DNA of 64,000 bases from an uncultured Oscillospiraceae bacterium (GTDB lineage: Bacteria; Bacillota; Clostridia; Oscillospirales; Oscillospiraceae): the NCBI GenBank assembly GCA_910587645.1, contig CAJUNA010000024.1, positions 25,381 through 89,380 of the forward strand, in the 5' to 3' direction. Every line of letters starts with the position of its first letter. The stretch's first letter is position 1. A program made the position numbers and the translations under genes. Below are positions 63,396 to 64,000 of the stretch, one piece after another. Under the pieces are notes generated by a model, which saw only the letters and a list, made by a program, of their open reading frames with translations, did not search any database and was not told the DNA's origin.

Positions 63396-64000
63396 ATGAT
63401 AAAATTCGCGATCTGTGACGATGAGCCGATGATGGCCCAGGAGCTTGCCGGCCATCTTGCGGACTATATGAAAGAAAAATCAATTGTCTGCTCTGTCAGC
63501 AGTTTTTCCAATGGCCACACCCTGTTGGGGAGGGTTGGCAGCTTTGATGTGATTTTCCTAGACATCCAGATGGAACAGCCGGACGGGATGGAGACAGCTA
63601 GGCTGCTCCGCCAGCGCGGAGACCACTGCCTGCTGATCTTTGTGACGGTGCTGAAGGAGTGCGTGTTTGACTCCTTCCAGGTGGAGGCGTTTGACTATCT
63701 GCTCAAGCCCCTGGACAGCGCCCGTTTCCATCAGACCATGGACCGGGTTCTCCGCTCCCTGGAACAGAGGACGGCGGAGGACATCGTGATCCAGCGGGGG
63801 ACCGGCTGCGAGGTTGTCCTGCTCTCAGACATTGTGTACTGCGAGGTGCTGGGCCGGAAAGTCTATCTCCACAAAAATGATGGGACAGTGAGCGGCTACT
63901 ATGATAAGCTGGAGGATATGGAGCAGCGGGTGGATGGACGCTTTTTCAAGTGCCACCGGAGCTATCTGGTCAACCTGGACTATGTACGCGGGTGCCAGGA
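63396..64000 (+). CDS. LytTR/AlgR-family response regulator (3' end outside the window)
   Basis: ATG 63396 after GGTGGTGG. Receiver domain (ICDDE, FLDIQM phospho-acceptor Asp), then the start of a LytTR domain (FFKCHRSYLVNLDYV). The frame stays open to the window edge. Confidence 0.85.
   Translation, partial: MIKFAICDDEPMMAQELAGHLADYMKEKSIVCSVSSFSNGHTLLGRVGSFDVIFLDIQMEQPDGMETARLLRQRGDHCLLIFVTVLKECVFDSFQVEAFDYLLKPLDSARFHQTMDRVLRSLEQRTAEDIVIQRGTGCEVVLLSDIVYCEVLGRKVYLHKNDGTVSGYYDKLEDMEQRVDGRFFKCHRSYLVNLDYVRGCQ

Overview
High-G+C Firmicutes/Clostridia-type chromosomal segment, densely coded and mostly housekeeping. It resembles Oscillospiraceae, but that is inferred from gene content and style only. 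Left to right: a T-box-controlled DAACS symporter, murB-rapZ-yvcK, a cysteine desulfidase-like gene, nfnAB, ymdB, an ASCH protein, an SbcD-like nuclease, ansA, a decayed nucleoside phosphorylase, and a zinc-ribbon protein with an XRE-membrane regulator. Then an AT-rich DUF3267 islet, the rimP-nusA-ylxR-ylxQ-infB operon, a csoR / P-loop kinase / copA copper operon, a GH13 enzyme, an acyl-ACP thioesterase, a SEDS protein, four MATE exporters and a GntR-ABC-2 module. Further right: iscR-nifS-nifU, larBC, a 960-aa SLH surface protein, a split TSUP/TauE pair with DUF1540, hemW, an orphan small serine recombinase, and a pyrimidine operon (pyrC-K-D-F, HAD, pyrE-B-I). The window ends with mnmE, a Noc-like ParB, a lower-G+C accessory islet and a partial LytTR response regulator. 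I found no rRNA, tRNA or CRISPR array. The signals that gene annotation does not explain are non-coding. First, a mosaic MITE-like repeat family has four copies, each abutting a stop codon; two kinds of terminal inverted repeat share an ~80-nt core. Second, a separate family of perfect TACTTTT..AAAAGTA palindromes brackets a ~500-nt hairpin-rich spacer. Third, there are several regulatory RNA or operator candidates: the T-box, a leader terminator in the nusA operon, a 23-bp stem before infB, and an anti-SD repeat before noc. All functional calls rest on motif recognition by eye; no database search was run.
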